Part shown: one piece after another, positions 24,651-62,200 of the stretch | Layout: each line of letters starts with the position of its first letter | How positions within the stretch are numbered: the first letter of the stretch is position 1 | NCBI GenBank assembly: GCA_002269645.1 | Contig: NIVC01002252.1 | Coordinates: 62,001 to 126,000 of the forward strand | Source of the DNA: Macrostomum lignano | Taxonomy: Eukaryota | Direction: 5' to 3' | DNA: 64,000 nt | Position numbers and translations under genes: made by a program | The notes under the pieces: model-generated | Told to the model about the DNA's origin: nothing | The model's database searches: none | The model's input: only the letters and a program-made list of their open reading frames with translations

Positions 24651-26259
24651 ATGCGTGTTCTACCGTGGCATCTACTAATACTCGAACTTACATGTCCTCG
24701 AAGGAGTGTCCAGCAGCGAAGGAACTGACAGTTCAGCCTCGGCTAACCAAACAGAGATACCGCTAGAGATTATGGGAATCGATGCTCATGCTTACCAGCA
24801 TGTTGACGCTGGCACGTTGCGTGTGATCTCGCTGAATAAAATGTAAGAATTTCCTTTGGTAAAACACAGATGGGCGCGTTTTCACCCGGTTCTTGCATTA
24901 TTACCAAATTTGCTGTTACCTTCTCGTCACGCCCTAACAGGGAGTTCTTCTCCGTCAGAGCGAACTATAATCCTAGGAAGCAAAAAATGCAGCTGAAAAA
25001 GCTAAGGATTGCTATGCCACTTCCCACAGTCTGCAGTCGAGGCATGCTCGGCTTCAACGGCAGCTGCTACGCTTTGAGTGCGGTCAGACAGAATTTAACA
25101 GCCGCAATGTCCAGCATCAGAGGCGATGCTCAGCTGGCCAGCTTCTCCAGCATGTCTGAGATCAGCGAGTTCATCGCTGCCAGTGAGTTGAGGTGATTGC
25201 TATACTCAGCAACAGCTAAGCCTCCTCTGTGGAGCAGTGTGATAATGTTGAGCATTAGTGATTTATCTGTCACAAGAGTTCATTGATCAGGATCTTAGCC
25301 ATGGGAAGGGAGAGGGGGTCCGCGCACGTCCTTCACACGTCCTTGACTTACGTGTCACCTTAAGTACAGCTCAACCAAGTGCAATCAACTCTGACTTAGC
25401 TTAATCCAATATAAAACTTAATGAAAATTATATTTATATCCATTCGGATATTCCAGACAAAGCAAATCTGAATGAGTTCCCCTACAGGCGGCCCCTGAGC
25501 CTGGGCCAGCCGGTCCGTCTCGGCATGTTTATCAACGCAGCCGATGTCCAAGTGCTGTCCTTAGTCAGAACTGATACCGGCTGTCAGCTGCTACCTGTAG
25601 CTGACTTTGATGAATTCCAGTGAGATTCAAACTCAAGTAAGGTTTATTGATGTATTCAATTGTAATAAAGTACTATTGGGTGACTTTTCAGAGTGACTGG
25701 CAGAGTGACAGGTCCGTGCCTGTCTCTGAGAGTGGCCGCATCAAGCAGAGCGGTGGTCGAGTTCAGCAACTGCAGCAGCCCGATGCTGTCGCTGCTGAGC
25801 TTCCCGGAGACTCCCAGTTCATTGCTGTGCTTTGAGCACTGCAACATTACCGACACTGTGACCAATGAACCGATCCAGTTTGAGATGTCGACTCCTCAGT
25901 ACGCATCTGAGTACGCGATGAATGCTCTGAATTGGAGCACCAGCGCTAATGACACAGTGGCATATTTTGATGGCGACTCAGCGCTTGGTGTTGACTTTCG
26001 ATACCTTATCTTCATCCTAATAGGAGTGAGCTGCATTAGCACGACTTTATGGCTACTATCTAAATTGTGTCAGTCAGCAGCAAACCAGTCTGACTATTTT
26101 CTAACAGTCAGAGCATTAACCTGTAGTGCCAAAGTTTTATTATTTAATAAAAGTACAATCAAGGTGACAATATTCAGATTTTGTGTTAGAATTCCATTTA
26201 TTAGTGCATATTTTAATTTTGATTTTTATGTATCAAGCAAACAGTTTGTATTGGCATAA
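24651..26259 (+). pseudogene. Array copy 7, 5'-degenerate (24651-24842, 24941-25182, 25457-25619, 25692-..); probable pseudogene or N-terminally truncated gene
   Basis: Exons 3-5 are intact, with family lengths and TM FRYLIFILIGVSCISTTLWLL. The CUB exon lacks the NHYC half and has TAA at 24676 in the frame of the downstream donor; no convincing signal exon was found. Confidence 0.6.
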
Positions 26260-26679
26260 TGTGTACAGCGACAGCAAAAAAACATTTTTGTAAACATTCA
26301 AAGTATCTAATCAGTTTGCGCAAAAATATTAAAAATGTATTAATGTTATCAATCCAGCATGCATCTTTGGATATACGCTCGTAGAAGTAACGTTCGAAGC
26401 TTGCAGCAAAATACACTAAAAATAAGTTTAGCGCACTGGCCTACTCAGATTCAGTAGTGTAGAACGCTCTCGATTTTTTAACTCTCAAGTCTTTTGCGGA
26501 CTTTTTACTTATTAAAAAACTTTTATGAACAACAATGTAGGGAAAAGATCGTAAAATGTAAAAATAATATATGACAGAATCAGCAATGGGAATGAATGAA
26601 AAAGAACTCTTTAGCCTAGCTCAGACTCTGCCACACAGCACTGAAGTTAAGCAATGCAAATTGTGTTTTATCTGCTAGC

Positions 26680-26830
26680 ACCCTGGTGCTGGCGCCCCTG
26701 GTGCTGGTGCCCCTGGTGCTGGTGCCTCTGGTGCTGGTGCCCCTGGTGCTGGTGCCCCTGGTGCTGGTGCCCCTGGTGCTGGTGCCCCTGGTGCTGGTGC
26801 CCCTGGTTCTGGCGCCCCTGGTGCTGGCGC
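26680..26830. repeat. 15-bp tandem repeat (ctggtgctggtgccc, ~10 units)
   Basis: Direct reading of the sequence. Confidence 0.9.
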
Positions 26831-27001
26831 TAAAGCCCTTGGTTACGCCCCCCGATACTAAAACGATTGACGGTGTTTTTTCATACTCAGGTAGTTCTAC
26901 TAAGTCTTCAATTGGAACGCTTTAAGCCACTGTGCCGCATGACAGCTCGAATTAGTTACGAGGAACCTCCTTCCGTTTCTCATAGTCAAACTGTTAGTCT
27001 G

Positions 27002-42582
<15,581 letters not shown>

Positions 42583-42994
42583 TGTAGTTTGTAATTTGAA
42601 ATTTCGTATAACAGCAAAGTTTCTGTGGTTAATTGGACTTCTAATTCAGCTTTATACTAATATGTTCGTTTTACACTGAAGCATTGAAGATGCCTTGAGG
42701 CAGATAGCAGACCCTACACAGTCAAGCAGCAGAATCCTCTTGGAACGGAAAGAGAGAGAGAGAGAGAGACATCTTGTTGTAGATGTGCAGCTTAAGATAC
42801 GCGTAAATGTCCGCAGTTTATGACCGGAAGAGCGATATTAATTTTCTTTTGATGCTGACAACAACCTTGGCACCCGACCATCTGGCAAATAAGTCTGCCT
42901 GCTGCACTTATACACAGATTACTGATGCAATTTTTTTTTATTGTTCATATTTTAACTTGGCAATGCGCAAAATATTCACCAAATATAAAAATTG

Positions 42995-43930
42995 CAGAAT
43001 CGGTCAGGGACAGGTGAGAATCGGTCAGGGACAGGAGAGAATCGGTCAGTGACTGGTGAGAAACGGTCAGGGACAGGTGAGAATCGGTCAGTGACTGGTG
43101 AGAAACGGTCAGGGACAGGTGAGAATCGGTCAGTGACTTGTGAGAATCGGTCAGGGACAGGTGAGTATCGGTCAGTGACTGGTGAGAATCGGTCAGTGAC
43201 TGGTGAGAATCGGTCAGGGACAGGTGAGAATCGGTCAGGGACAGGTGAGAATCGGTCAGTGACTGGTGAGAATCGGTCAGGGACAGGTGACAATCCGTCA
43301 GTGACAGGTGAGAATCGGTCAGGGACAGGTGAGAATCGGTCAGGGACAGGAGAGAATCGGTCAGTGGCAGGTGAGAATCGGTCAGTGACTGGTGAGAATC
43401 GGTCAGGGACAGGTGAGAATCGGTCAGTGGCAGGTGAGAATCGGTCGGTGACTGGTGAGAATCGGTCAGGGACAGGTGAGAATCGGTCAGTGGCAGGTGA
43501 GAATCGGTCAGTGACTGGTGAGAATCGGTCAGGGACAGGTGAGAATCGGTCAGTGGCAGGTGAGAATCGGTCGGTGACTGGTGAGAATCGTTCAGGGACA
43601 GGTGAGAATCGGTCAGTGACTGGTGAGAATCGGTCAGTGACTGGTGAGAATCGGTCAGGGACAGGTGAGAATCGGTCAGTGACTGGTGAGAATCGGTCAG
43701 GGACAGGTGAGAATCGGTCAGTGACTGGTGAGAATCGGTCAGGGACAGGTGAGAATCGGTCAGTGACTGGTGAGAATCGGTCAGTGACTGGTGAGAATCG
43801 GCCAGGGACAGGTGAGAATCGGTCAGCGACTGGTGAGAATCGGTCAGTGACTGGTGAGAATCGGCCAGGGACAGGTGAGAATCGGTCAGTGACTGGTGAG
43901 AATCGGTCAGGGACAGGTGAGAATTGGTCA
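42995..43930. repeat. 21-bp minisatellite (ggtgagaatcggtcagggaca / ..gtgact)
   Basis: Direct reading; open frames arise because 21 is a multiple of 3. Confidence 0.95.
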
Positions 43931-45354
43931 GGGAAGGTTGATTTGCGAATTTTTTAAATTATATTTGATTAGTTTTGATAGTTGAAATAAAATAAACATT
44001 TGCAAAGCCAACCTGTAAAATTTAATTGGCAAATAAACGGACGTAGCGATATTTGCAGCGAGAATTCGGTGAGAATTAAATAAACTGCATTTTATATTTT
44101 TTTGTTTTATTTTATCAAATATAATAGTTTTTATTTTGCTTTTTGCCAATTTTGTTGGCAGTAGTTTTGTAACACAAAAACACGCACAAGGAACCACAGA
44201 AATAGTAGTATACGAATAATTAATAGTACTATAAGTAGTTTGTAGAAATTCAAAGCTGTTTAAGCGGAAACAAAGACCAGGTTTGTTTTTAAAAAAAATA
44301 AAGAATTTAAAATTGAATAACAGTACTCGTAAAAGCACGGGAGAACGAATGCAGCATAACAAAAATATGACACAAACAAACCAAGATTCTTACCAGTTGA
44401 TGCAAGTTACAAATGACCTTTCATATACTATTACTCATAGTAGCGAGTAAGTATGCAGCAGGGGTCGGAGAACTTGTTCATCACAAGAGCCAGAAAAAGA
44501 ATCCACCTCATTACTGCGGGCCAGGTGAGAGGAAATAAAAGGGAATAGAGGAGAGAGAGAGGGGGGGGAAAGAGATGAGATATGGGATTAGAAGGGATGA
44601 TAGAGCCCGATAGTACCTAGCTGGAGAGGAGAGGGGAGAGAAGAGGGAGAGAGATGAGAGAATGGAGGAGAGATGAAGGGAGGGAAGAGACAAAATCTGA
44701 GCGGGGCGGATTGCCATTGTAAAGTTTCAAAGGACTCAAAGGCCGAATAGAGAGGGTTCGCGGGTTTCCCGACCCCTACTACAGATGATGCTGACACGGG
44801 GTGAAGTTTACTCGTAGCGCAGCAGACCAAGAAAATGTCAATTTATTAAATAATGATAATAATTATCGTAATTGAAATAATCGAAAAATTAACAGTCTTT
44901 GACAGTTTTAGCTTGCCGACTACTTACAGTGGTGTGAAAGGACAACAATTACCACAAAAATGGTTTAATAAGAAAGCAATGAAAGCAATGTGGGACACAT
45001 ATGACAGATCGTGTTATTTTTTGCTTTTTTGTAACGTTTTTTTCAACACCGGATAGATAGATTAAAATAAAAATTTTTTGTAAAAAACCACTGGCCAATA
45101 GAGGGAGAAAAAGGATGAGAGAAGCGCACAGATGCTTATCAACCAATTATAGTCGAAAATCAAATGAGAGGTAAAGTTACAAAAAATATGCAAAAAAATT
45201 ACCGCAAGACCAGCTTTCCAGTAGGCAGTCGGAACAATAGTATGGTGAAGTACTCGTAATTTTTTCCGATGCTTCTTTACAAAAAAGATGAAATGGAATT
45301 TATTTTTATGAAATAGAAAATTTGCATGCTTCACAAGTACGTTAAGGATCTTAA

Positions 45355-45510
45355 AGAGTTAAATCGTGTGTACATTGGGGGGTAGGGATTGAGGTCAGCA
45401 GTGATCGTGTGTACATTAGGGGTAGGGGTAGAGGTCGGCAGTGACCGTGTGTACATTGGGGGGGGGTAGGGATTGAGGTTGGCAGTGACCGTGTGTACAT
45501 TGGGGGGTAG
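45355..45510. repeat. Short degenerate ~41-bp tandem repeat
   Basis: gtgtgtacattgggggtagggattgaggtcggcagtgacc repeated about 3-4 times. Confidence 0.7.
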
Positions 45511-46591
45511 AGAATGAGTACATAAGTACATTGAAACGTAGATTCCAGTCAGCACAATATTCTATTTTAGAACGGGAATATCAAGAATGAAAAATGAGAT
45601 GATTTTTTTCAAAGTTATAATTACAGAATAAAGATGAAACTGACTACTGTACTTTATAAACAATGATGCTACGAAAGCTTATCCGTCTAGAAAATAACTA
45701 AAGCTTACAAGAGTTTACACGCGCAAGTTAAGCAGTAATAAAAAACATTAATTAAATGGAAAACAATAATATAAACTAGGTAGAAAACTTTAATATAAAG
45801 TGATGAAACACTAAGTTAGAAAAGAGACATTAAACGCAGACTTTATCGAACTGGCTTAGAGGTTTAAATTTTACGACAGTTTTTCTTTTAAAAAAGTAGA
45901 GATACTGATAAAATTAACTAATCAAGTGACTGAAAAGATGGCCTCAAAATTAATTTGGAACGCCTGTGACACTTAAGTGAGAGAAGTGCTGTATTATACA
46001 CAAAGCAGACATTGTATTCTAAACTAACATGTCCTGTGTTTAGGTATATAGTTTCTTTAGGCTTTTTGCATACAAAGTTTATGAGTTCGACTGACACTTT
46101 GGTATTGTCTTTAAAGTAAAAATCAAATTTTTTAACTTTTTCATATTTTTGCAATGTATCAAATTAATTAATTAACAATAAGTACAAACATTTTACTTTG
46201 TGTAACAATTACCAAAAAAGCAAAGTTAAAAAAAGTTATTCCAATACTTTTTCATTAACTATTTATGTATGAAATATCGACAATCGATAAGACCAACAGA
46301 TTAGTTAAACATCGAGTATCGATTAACGATAATTATCGATAATTATTAAGATAAAAAATTAGCTAAGGATCCAGTAGCGATTAACAATAAATATCGATAA
46401 TCGTTAATTTTAACAATACTTAGTGTTAGCATTAAATATCAATTAACGATAAGTACCGATTATCGATATTTTCAAAAAAATTGATCTTACTTACGATGAA
46501 GATGAAATTTCGATTAAAGATAAGTACCGATAATACTTCGATTATCGATAATTAAGTATTACGATTAATTTGCATAAAAATGAACATCGCC

Positions 46592-55050
<8,459 letters not shown>

Positions 55051-56489
55051 TTTTTGATGATGATAATTCGAATTGGCTAAGATTAGCGCTATTAGCTACT
55101 GATTCGGATTGATTTGGTAGTAGTATGCTGAGAATATCGTCGTAATTGGTGATTTGTTGATAAGCGAACTGTCGGGTCAAAGGCATAGGGAGAGAGGCAA
55201 CTGCTGCTGGTGTAGCGAGCGCTCGGTCCTGCGGGAGGCGAGTTGCACAGATGAAATCGGTACCGATCAGGCCAATAGGTGTCCCCAGAGTTGTTTCAGA
55301 GTCTTGGCAGGTAACACAGGTAAAATAGGAAAGAAGTGACTCTAGACGACTCGTCTCTGAGGCGTCGCAAGTAAGTCTGGGGTCGTAGAATGTCGTATTT
55401 GAGGCGTGCTAGAGGCGCTATACAGTCGCAATTTGCATTTATAACAACTCTATCTAGTCTACTTGAGTTAGTAGAAAGTGAAGCGTTAACACAACGAATC
55501 TTGGATGACTTTTTCACGACTCAACAGTCGCTTTTCCGTTGCATTGCAGTCGTTTGAGTCGTTAAAAAGTCCTAAGAGTCGCCCCAGAGTTGCTTAAGTC
55601 ACTTATAGTTGAGTTGTTTGCAATATAACTGAAGGGCGGTTTTGTACTCCTGGGTGTTTTAGTTAAGACTGTTAAATTAAGTGGTTTTAAAATTAATAAA
55701 ATTGCATGAAAAACAAACGATATACTTCATATTTATTGAGAACTATAATCACATTCTTTTAACTGCAACACACCAAAAAGACCATTGTGGAATAAAATAA
55801 GCGCAAAAGTTCACCGAATATTGGTTATCTTAAATCCAATAGAAATTTTTTGATAATTTAAACAAAAAAAGATTTAAATTATAGTATTTTTACGCACCTG
55901 CTCATTCGTCGACGCTTAAACTGCGACAATTAAAAAGAATAGAAAAAATAAATAAACGCAGAATAGAAATTAAAATACAAAACTGAATTTGTTTAAATAA
56001 GCCTCAGGGACCCTGGAGTTTCAGACACAAAAATTGAGCAACACTCAAGAAAATGCTAACGTTCTTGAACACTACGCAATTGTGGACCCTGGATTCTTAA
56101 AAAGATTTCGGTGAGAGAAAAAAAACAAGAAGCAAAAGCAAAGGATTTCTACTTAGTCACCACCCACTCAGTCCTGAGTTCTGCTTCAACCGCCCACGTC
56201 TCGATTAGGAGAAACAGCTGACGAGCTTCCCGCAACCCTCCTTGTGCAGCCGATGCTTATTGGCTGGCTGAAATTTCTAGAATTATCTCTAGGCAAAGGC
56301 CTATGAGTCACACAAGGCCTACCATTAGTGCAGAGGAAGCAGACAGAGGAGCAGACAGAGGGAGAGGAAAATAGAAAATTCCTGAATTTTCTATCGCATC
56401 GCCAATGCCGCCAATACTACACAGCCAAAACCCTCGACGCGATATCCAGCCTTACTAAACTGTCTAGCAGGTGATTCTCACAGTATAAC

Positions 56490-57535
56490 AGATGATGCTC
56501 ACGTACAGTATAACGAATGATGCTCACTGTCTAACAGATGATTCTCACTGTCTAACAGATGATTCTCACTGTCTAACAGATGATTCTCACTGTCTAACAG
56601 ATGATGTTCACTGTCTAACAGATGATTCTCACTGTCTAACAGATGATGTTCACTGTCTAACAGATGATTCTCACTGTCTAACAGATGATTCTCACTGTCT
56701 AACAGATGATGCTCACTGTGTAACAGATGATGCTCACTGTCTAACAGATGATGCTCACTGTCTAACAGATGATTCTCACTGTCTAACAGATGATGCTCAC
56801 TGTCTAACAGATGATGCTCACTGTCTAACAGATGATGCTCACTGTGTAACAGATGATGCTCACTGTGTAACAGATGATTCTCACTGTCTAACAGATGATG
56901 TTCACTGTCTAACAGATGATTCTCACTGTCTAACAGATGATGTTCACTGTCTAACAGATGATTCTCACTGTCTAACAGATAATTCTCACTGTCTAACAGA
57001 TGATGCTCACTGTGTAACAGATGATGCTCACTGTCTAACAGATGATGCTCACTGTCTAACAGATGATTCTCACTGTCTAACAGATGATGCTCACTGTCTA
57101 ACAGATGATGCTCACTGTCTAACAGATGATGCTCACTGTGTAACAGATGATGCTCACTGTGTAACAGATGATGCTCACTGCCTAACAGATGATGCTCACT
57201 GTCTAACAGATGATGCTCACTGTGTAACAGATGATGCTCACTGTGTAACAGATGATGCTCACTGTCTAACAGATGATGCTCACTGTGTAACAGATGATGC
57301 TCACTGTCTAACAGATGATGCTCACTGTCTAACAGATGATGCTCACTGTCTAACAGATGATGCTCACTGTCTAACAGATGATGCTCACTGTCTAACAGAT
57401 GATGCTCACTGTCTAACAGATGATGCTCACTGTCTAACAGATGATGCTCACTGTCTAACAGATGATGCTCACTGTCTAACAGATGATGCTCACTGTCTAA
57501 CAGATGATGCTCACTGTGTAACAGATGATTCTCCA
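56490..57535. repeat. 21-bp minisatellite (gatgatgctcactgtctaaca, ~49 units)
   Basis: Direct reading of the sequence. Confidence 0.95.
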
Positions 57536-58374
57536 TAATTGAAAATTATTCTCACATTCAAATTAAAAGAGAATAAATTTGCATAAAAACTTACCAGGAT
57601 AGAACAGCAAACGAACGATGACCCGCGCTAGTTAGTATTAAACTAAAAAATCAGCTCCTTTGTTTTGCTTCTCTTTGAGATCTATTAACTCTGCTTTCCG
57701 CTTTGCAGCTGAAAATATGAAAAAATTAATAGATGAAAAAATGCTTAAAAACTGAAGCTGAGCTTAAGAACGTTTTAGAACGTTGTTTAAGAGAATTAAC
57801 GGGCTGCCTAAACATATATATATATATATATATATACATTATAACATTACCAATGTCTTACATTACCGCCTATTCTCATTGGCTAACAAAGAGGTGGGGT
57901 GATTACCAGGCCAAGCTCAGTTGAGAGAGAGAGACAGCTTTCCAGGAAACCCCCCTCCCCGCCGCCCTCAAAGCCAGACACGCAGAGCTGACCTTGAGAA
58001 TAGACCAATGAAATTGCAGCTCCTAGCTTTTGGGTGTACGGGTCGATTTCCTGGAATATAGACACACACAGGGAGAGGGGAAGAGAGGGGGTTGCCCACG
58101 TGGTTTCTTCAAAAAATTGTCGTACACACACAGCATGGCCGCCTTAGCTATAACCAGACGCGTAGACCCTATGCAGAGTCAGAGAGAGAAAACATATAAA
58201 AGTGCACATACGCTACGGATGTACAGATGTGGGACGTGGGACTAAATCAAGGCAGAGTTCATTGGGCCCGCCTACGCAGATGGGACGGCAGCAAAGCAGA
58301 ACACAGCATCCGGCTAACTGCTAACTTGAATCAGACTCTAATACAAATACTGAGCTAGAAATTAAGACGTAGTG

Positions 58375-58610
58375 GGGTACACATTAAAGACACACTGAGG
58401 TACACATTAAAGATACACTGAGGTACACATTAAAGATACACTGAGGTACACATTAAGACAGTGCAAGTACACATTAAGACACACTGAAGTACATATTAAG
58501 TCACACTACAGGTACACTGAGGTACTCATTAAGTCACAGTGCAGGCACACATTAAGTCACACTGTGGGTACCTAACTCACTGAGGTACACATTAAGTCCC
58601 TGAGGTACAT
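58375..58610. repeat. Degenerate ~23-bp repeat (cactgaggtacacattaaagata)
   Basis: Direct reading of the sequence. Confidence 0.75.
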
Positions 58611-59249
58611 AGCAAGACAGATACTTTACGTGGATTTATAAAGATATGAGGTGGACTATAAGACAGAGTCGGTGCAAAAATATTTTATTCAGTATAGATA
58701 AGAGAATGTCAGTGGATCAGGCCAGAACCATGTGACACGAAAATATTCAACATTATCAGTATATTCGTAAGTTTATTACGGTAAAGTACGAAGTCACATA
58801 CTCTCTCTATTTCTCTCTCGCTCCAGTGGTCTGTACAAACTAGCTAACTACACAATAGGGCGAAGAACGTGGACACAGCGTGCAAGCAAACATTGGGGAC
58901 ATTGGGGACAGTGCAACAAGGGACAGTACTAGCACTACTAGTATAGAGAACGGAACTCGAGTGTAAAGGGTTGAAGGTTTGAAAAAAATATAAATTTCGT
59001 CATTTACTAAAAGTACATCGCCTGAAATGCCTGGAACTCTAGGCGGCTGCATACTAGGGGGAGAAGCCCACGTGGTTTAAATCTCGAGGCCAAAATTCAC
59101 ATGACATCCAGACTGGTCTGTCTGTGACTAACTACAAGGTAGCTCACATGATTAGATTGATCCAGGGAAGTACAGACCAGGTGTACCGTACGAGCGTACA
59201 GAAAGACATTTATGGCTCATGCTAGGCATGGCTGCGAGATTTTTAAATA

Positions 59250-62200
59250 AGTCCTGACCCACTGATGACTGATTGACAACAATGGGTTAAAGGTAGTCAT
59301 GACCCACTGATGACTGATTAACAACAATGGGTTAAAGGTAGTCATGACCCACTGATGACTGATTGACAACAATGGGTTAAAGGTAGTCCTGACCCACTGA
59401 TGACTGATTAACAACAATGGGTTAAAGGTAGTCCTGACCCACTGATGACTGATTAACAACAATGGGTTAAAGGTAGTCATGACCCACTGATGACTGATTG
59501 ACAACAATGGGTTAAAGGTAGTCATGACCCACTGATGACTGATTGATAACAATGGGTTACAGGTATAGTCATGACCCACTGATGACTGATTGACAACAAT
59601 GGGTTACAGGTATAGTCATGACCCACTGATGACTGATTGACAACAATGGGTTACAGGTAGTCCTGACTCACTGATGACTGATTAACAACAATGGGTTACA
59701 GGTAGTCCTGACCCACTGATGACTGATTGACAACAATGGGTGAAAGGTAGTCATGACCCACTGATGACTGATTGACAACAATGGGTGAAAGGTAGTCATG
59801 ACCCACTGATGACTGATTGATAACAATGGGTTAAAGGTAGTCCTGACTCACTGATGACTGATTAACAACAATGGGTTAAAGGTAGTCATGACCCACTGAT
59901 GACTGATTGACAACAATGGGTTACAGGTATAGTCATGACCCACTGATGACTGATTGACAACAATGGGTTAAAGGTAGTCCTGACTCACTGATGACTGATT
60001 GACAACAATGGGTTACAGGTATAGTCATGACCCACTGATGACTGATTGACAACAATGGGTTAAAGGTAGTCATGACCCACTGATGACTGATTGACAACAA
60101 TGGGTGAAAGGTAGTCATGACCCACTGATGACTGATTGACAACAATGGGTTACAGGTAGTCATGACCCACTGATGACTGATTGATAACAATGGGTTAAAG
60201 GTAGTCCTGACTCACTGATGACTGATTAACAACAATGGGTTACAGGTAGTCCTGACCCACTGATGACTGATTGACAACAATGGGTTACAGGTATAGTCAT
60301 GACCCACTGATGACTGATTGACAACAATGGGTTAAAGGTAGTCCTGACCCACTGATGACTGATTGACAACAATGGGTTACAGGTAGTCCTGACCCACTGA
60401 TGACTGATTGACAACAATGGGTTAAAGGTAGTCCTGACCCACTGATGACTGATTGACAACAATGGGTTACAGGTAGTCATGACCCACTGATGACTGATTG
60501 ACAACAATGGGTTAAAGGTAGTCCTGACTCACTGATGACTGATTGACAACAATGGGTTAAAGGTAGTCCTGACTCACTGATGACTGATTGACAACAATGG
60601 GTTAAAGGTAGTCATGACCCACTGATGACTGATTGACAACAATGGGTTACAGGTATAGTCATGACCCACTGATGACTGATTGACAACAATGGGTTAAAGG
60701 TAGTCATGACCCACTGATGACTGATTGACAACAATGGGTTACAGGTATAGTCATGACCCACTGATGACTGATTGACAACAATGGGTTAAAGGTAGTCCTG
60801 ACCCACTGATGACTGATTGACAACAATGGGTTACAGGTAGTCCTGACCCACTGATGACTGATTGACAACAATGGGTTAAAGGTAGTCCTGACCCACTGAT
60901 GACTGATTGACAACAATGGGTTACAGGTATAGTCATGACCCACTGATGACTGATTGACAACAATGGGTTAAAGGTAGTCATGACCCACTGATGACTGATT
61001 GACAACAATGGGTTAAAGGTAGTCCTGACCCACTGATGACTGATTGACAACAATGGGTTAAAGGTAGTCCTGACTCACTGATGACTGATTGACAACAATG
61101 GGTTAAAGGTAGTCCTGACTCACTGATGACTGATTGACAACAATGGGTTAAAGGTAGTCCTGACTCACTGATGACTGATTGACAACAATGGGTTACAGGT
61201 AGTCATGACCCACTGATGACTGATTGATAACAATGGGTTACAGGTATAGTCATGACCCACTGATGACTGATTGACAACAATGGGTTACAGGTATAGTCAT
61301 GACCCACTGATGACTGATTGACAACAATGGGTTACAGGTAGTCCTGACTCACTGATGACTGATTAACAACAATGGGTTAAAGGTAGTCATGACCCACTGA
61401 TGACTGATTGACAACAATGGGTTACAGGTATAGTCATGACCCACTGATGACTGATTGACAACAATGGGTTACAGGTATAGTCATGACCCACTGATGACTG
61501 ATTGACAACAATGGGTTACAGGTAGTCCTGACCCACTGATGACTGATTGAAAACAATGGGTGAAAGGTAGTCATGACCCACTGATGACTGATTGACAACA
61601 ATGGGTTACAGGTAGTCCTGACCCACTGATGACTGATTGACAACAATGGGTGAAAGGTAGTCCTGACCCACTGATGACTGATTGACAACAATGGGTTACA
61701 GGTAGTCCTGACTCACTGATGACTGATTAACAACAATGGGTTAAAGGTAGTCATGACCCACTGATGACTGATTGACAACAATGGGTTACAGGTATAGTCA
61801 TGACCCACTGATGACTGATTGACAACAATGGGTTAAAGGTAGTCCTGACCCACTGATGACTGATTGACAACAATGGGTTACAGGTAGTCCTGACCCACTG
61901 ATGACTGATTGACAACAATGGGTTAAAGGTAGTCCTGACCCACTGATGACTGATTGACAACAATGGGTTACAGGTAGTCATGACCCACTGATGACTGATT
62001 GACAACAATGGGTTAAAGGTAGTCCTGACTCACTGATGACTGATTGACAACAATGGGTTAAAGGTAGTCCTGACTCACTGATGACTGATTGACAACAATG
62101 GGTTAAAGGTAGTCATGACCCACTGATGACTGATTGATAACAATGGGTTACAGGTATAGTCATGACCCACTGATGACTGATTGACAACAATGGGTTACAG

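Noticed and set aside
26620-26910. Extra final exon of the minus-strand receptor encoding (GTSTR)n
   Set aside because: The frame is open and could join through AA|gtacat, but both splice sites are weak and the upstream exon has its own stop; there is no support without cDNA.
42992-43957. (GTGENRS)n 321-aa ORF
   Set aside because: 21-bp minisatellite artefact with a non-ATG start and no domain context.
56492-57538. His/Cys/Asp-rich metal-binding protein (DDAHCLT)n, 348 aa
   Set aside because: The open frame follows from the 21-bp period. Unit variants are almost all non-synonymous (GCT/TCT/GTT, CTA/GTA), the opposite strand is equally open, and there is no unique flanking coding sequence.
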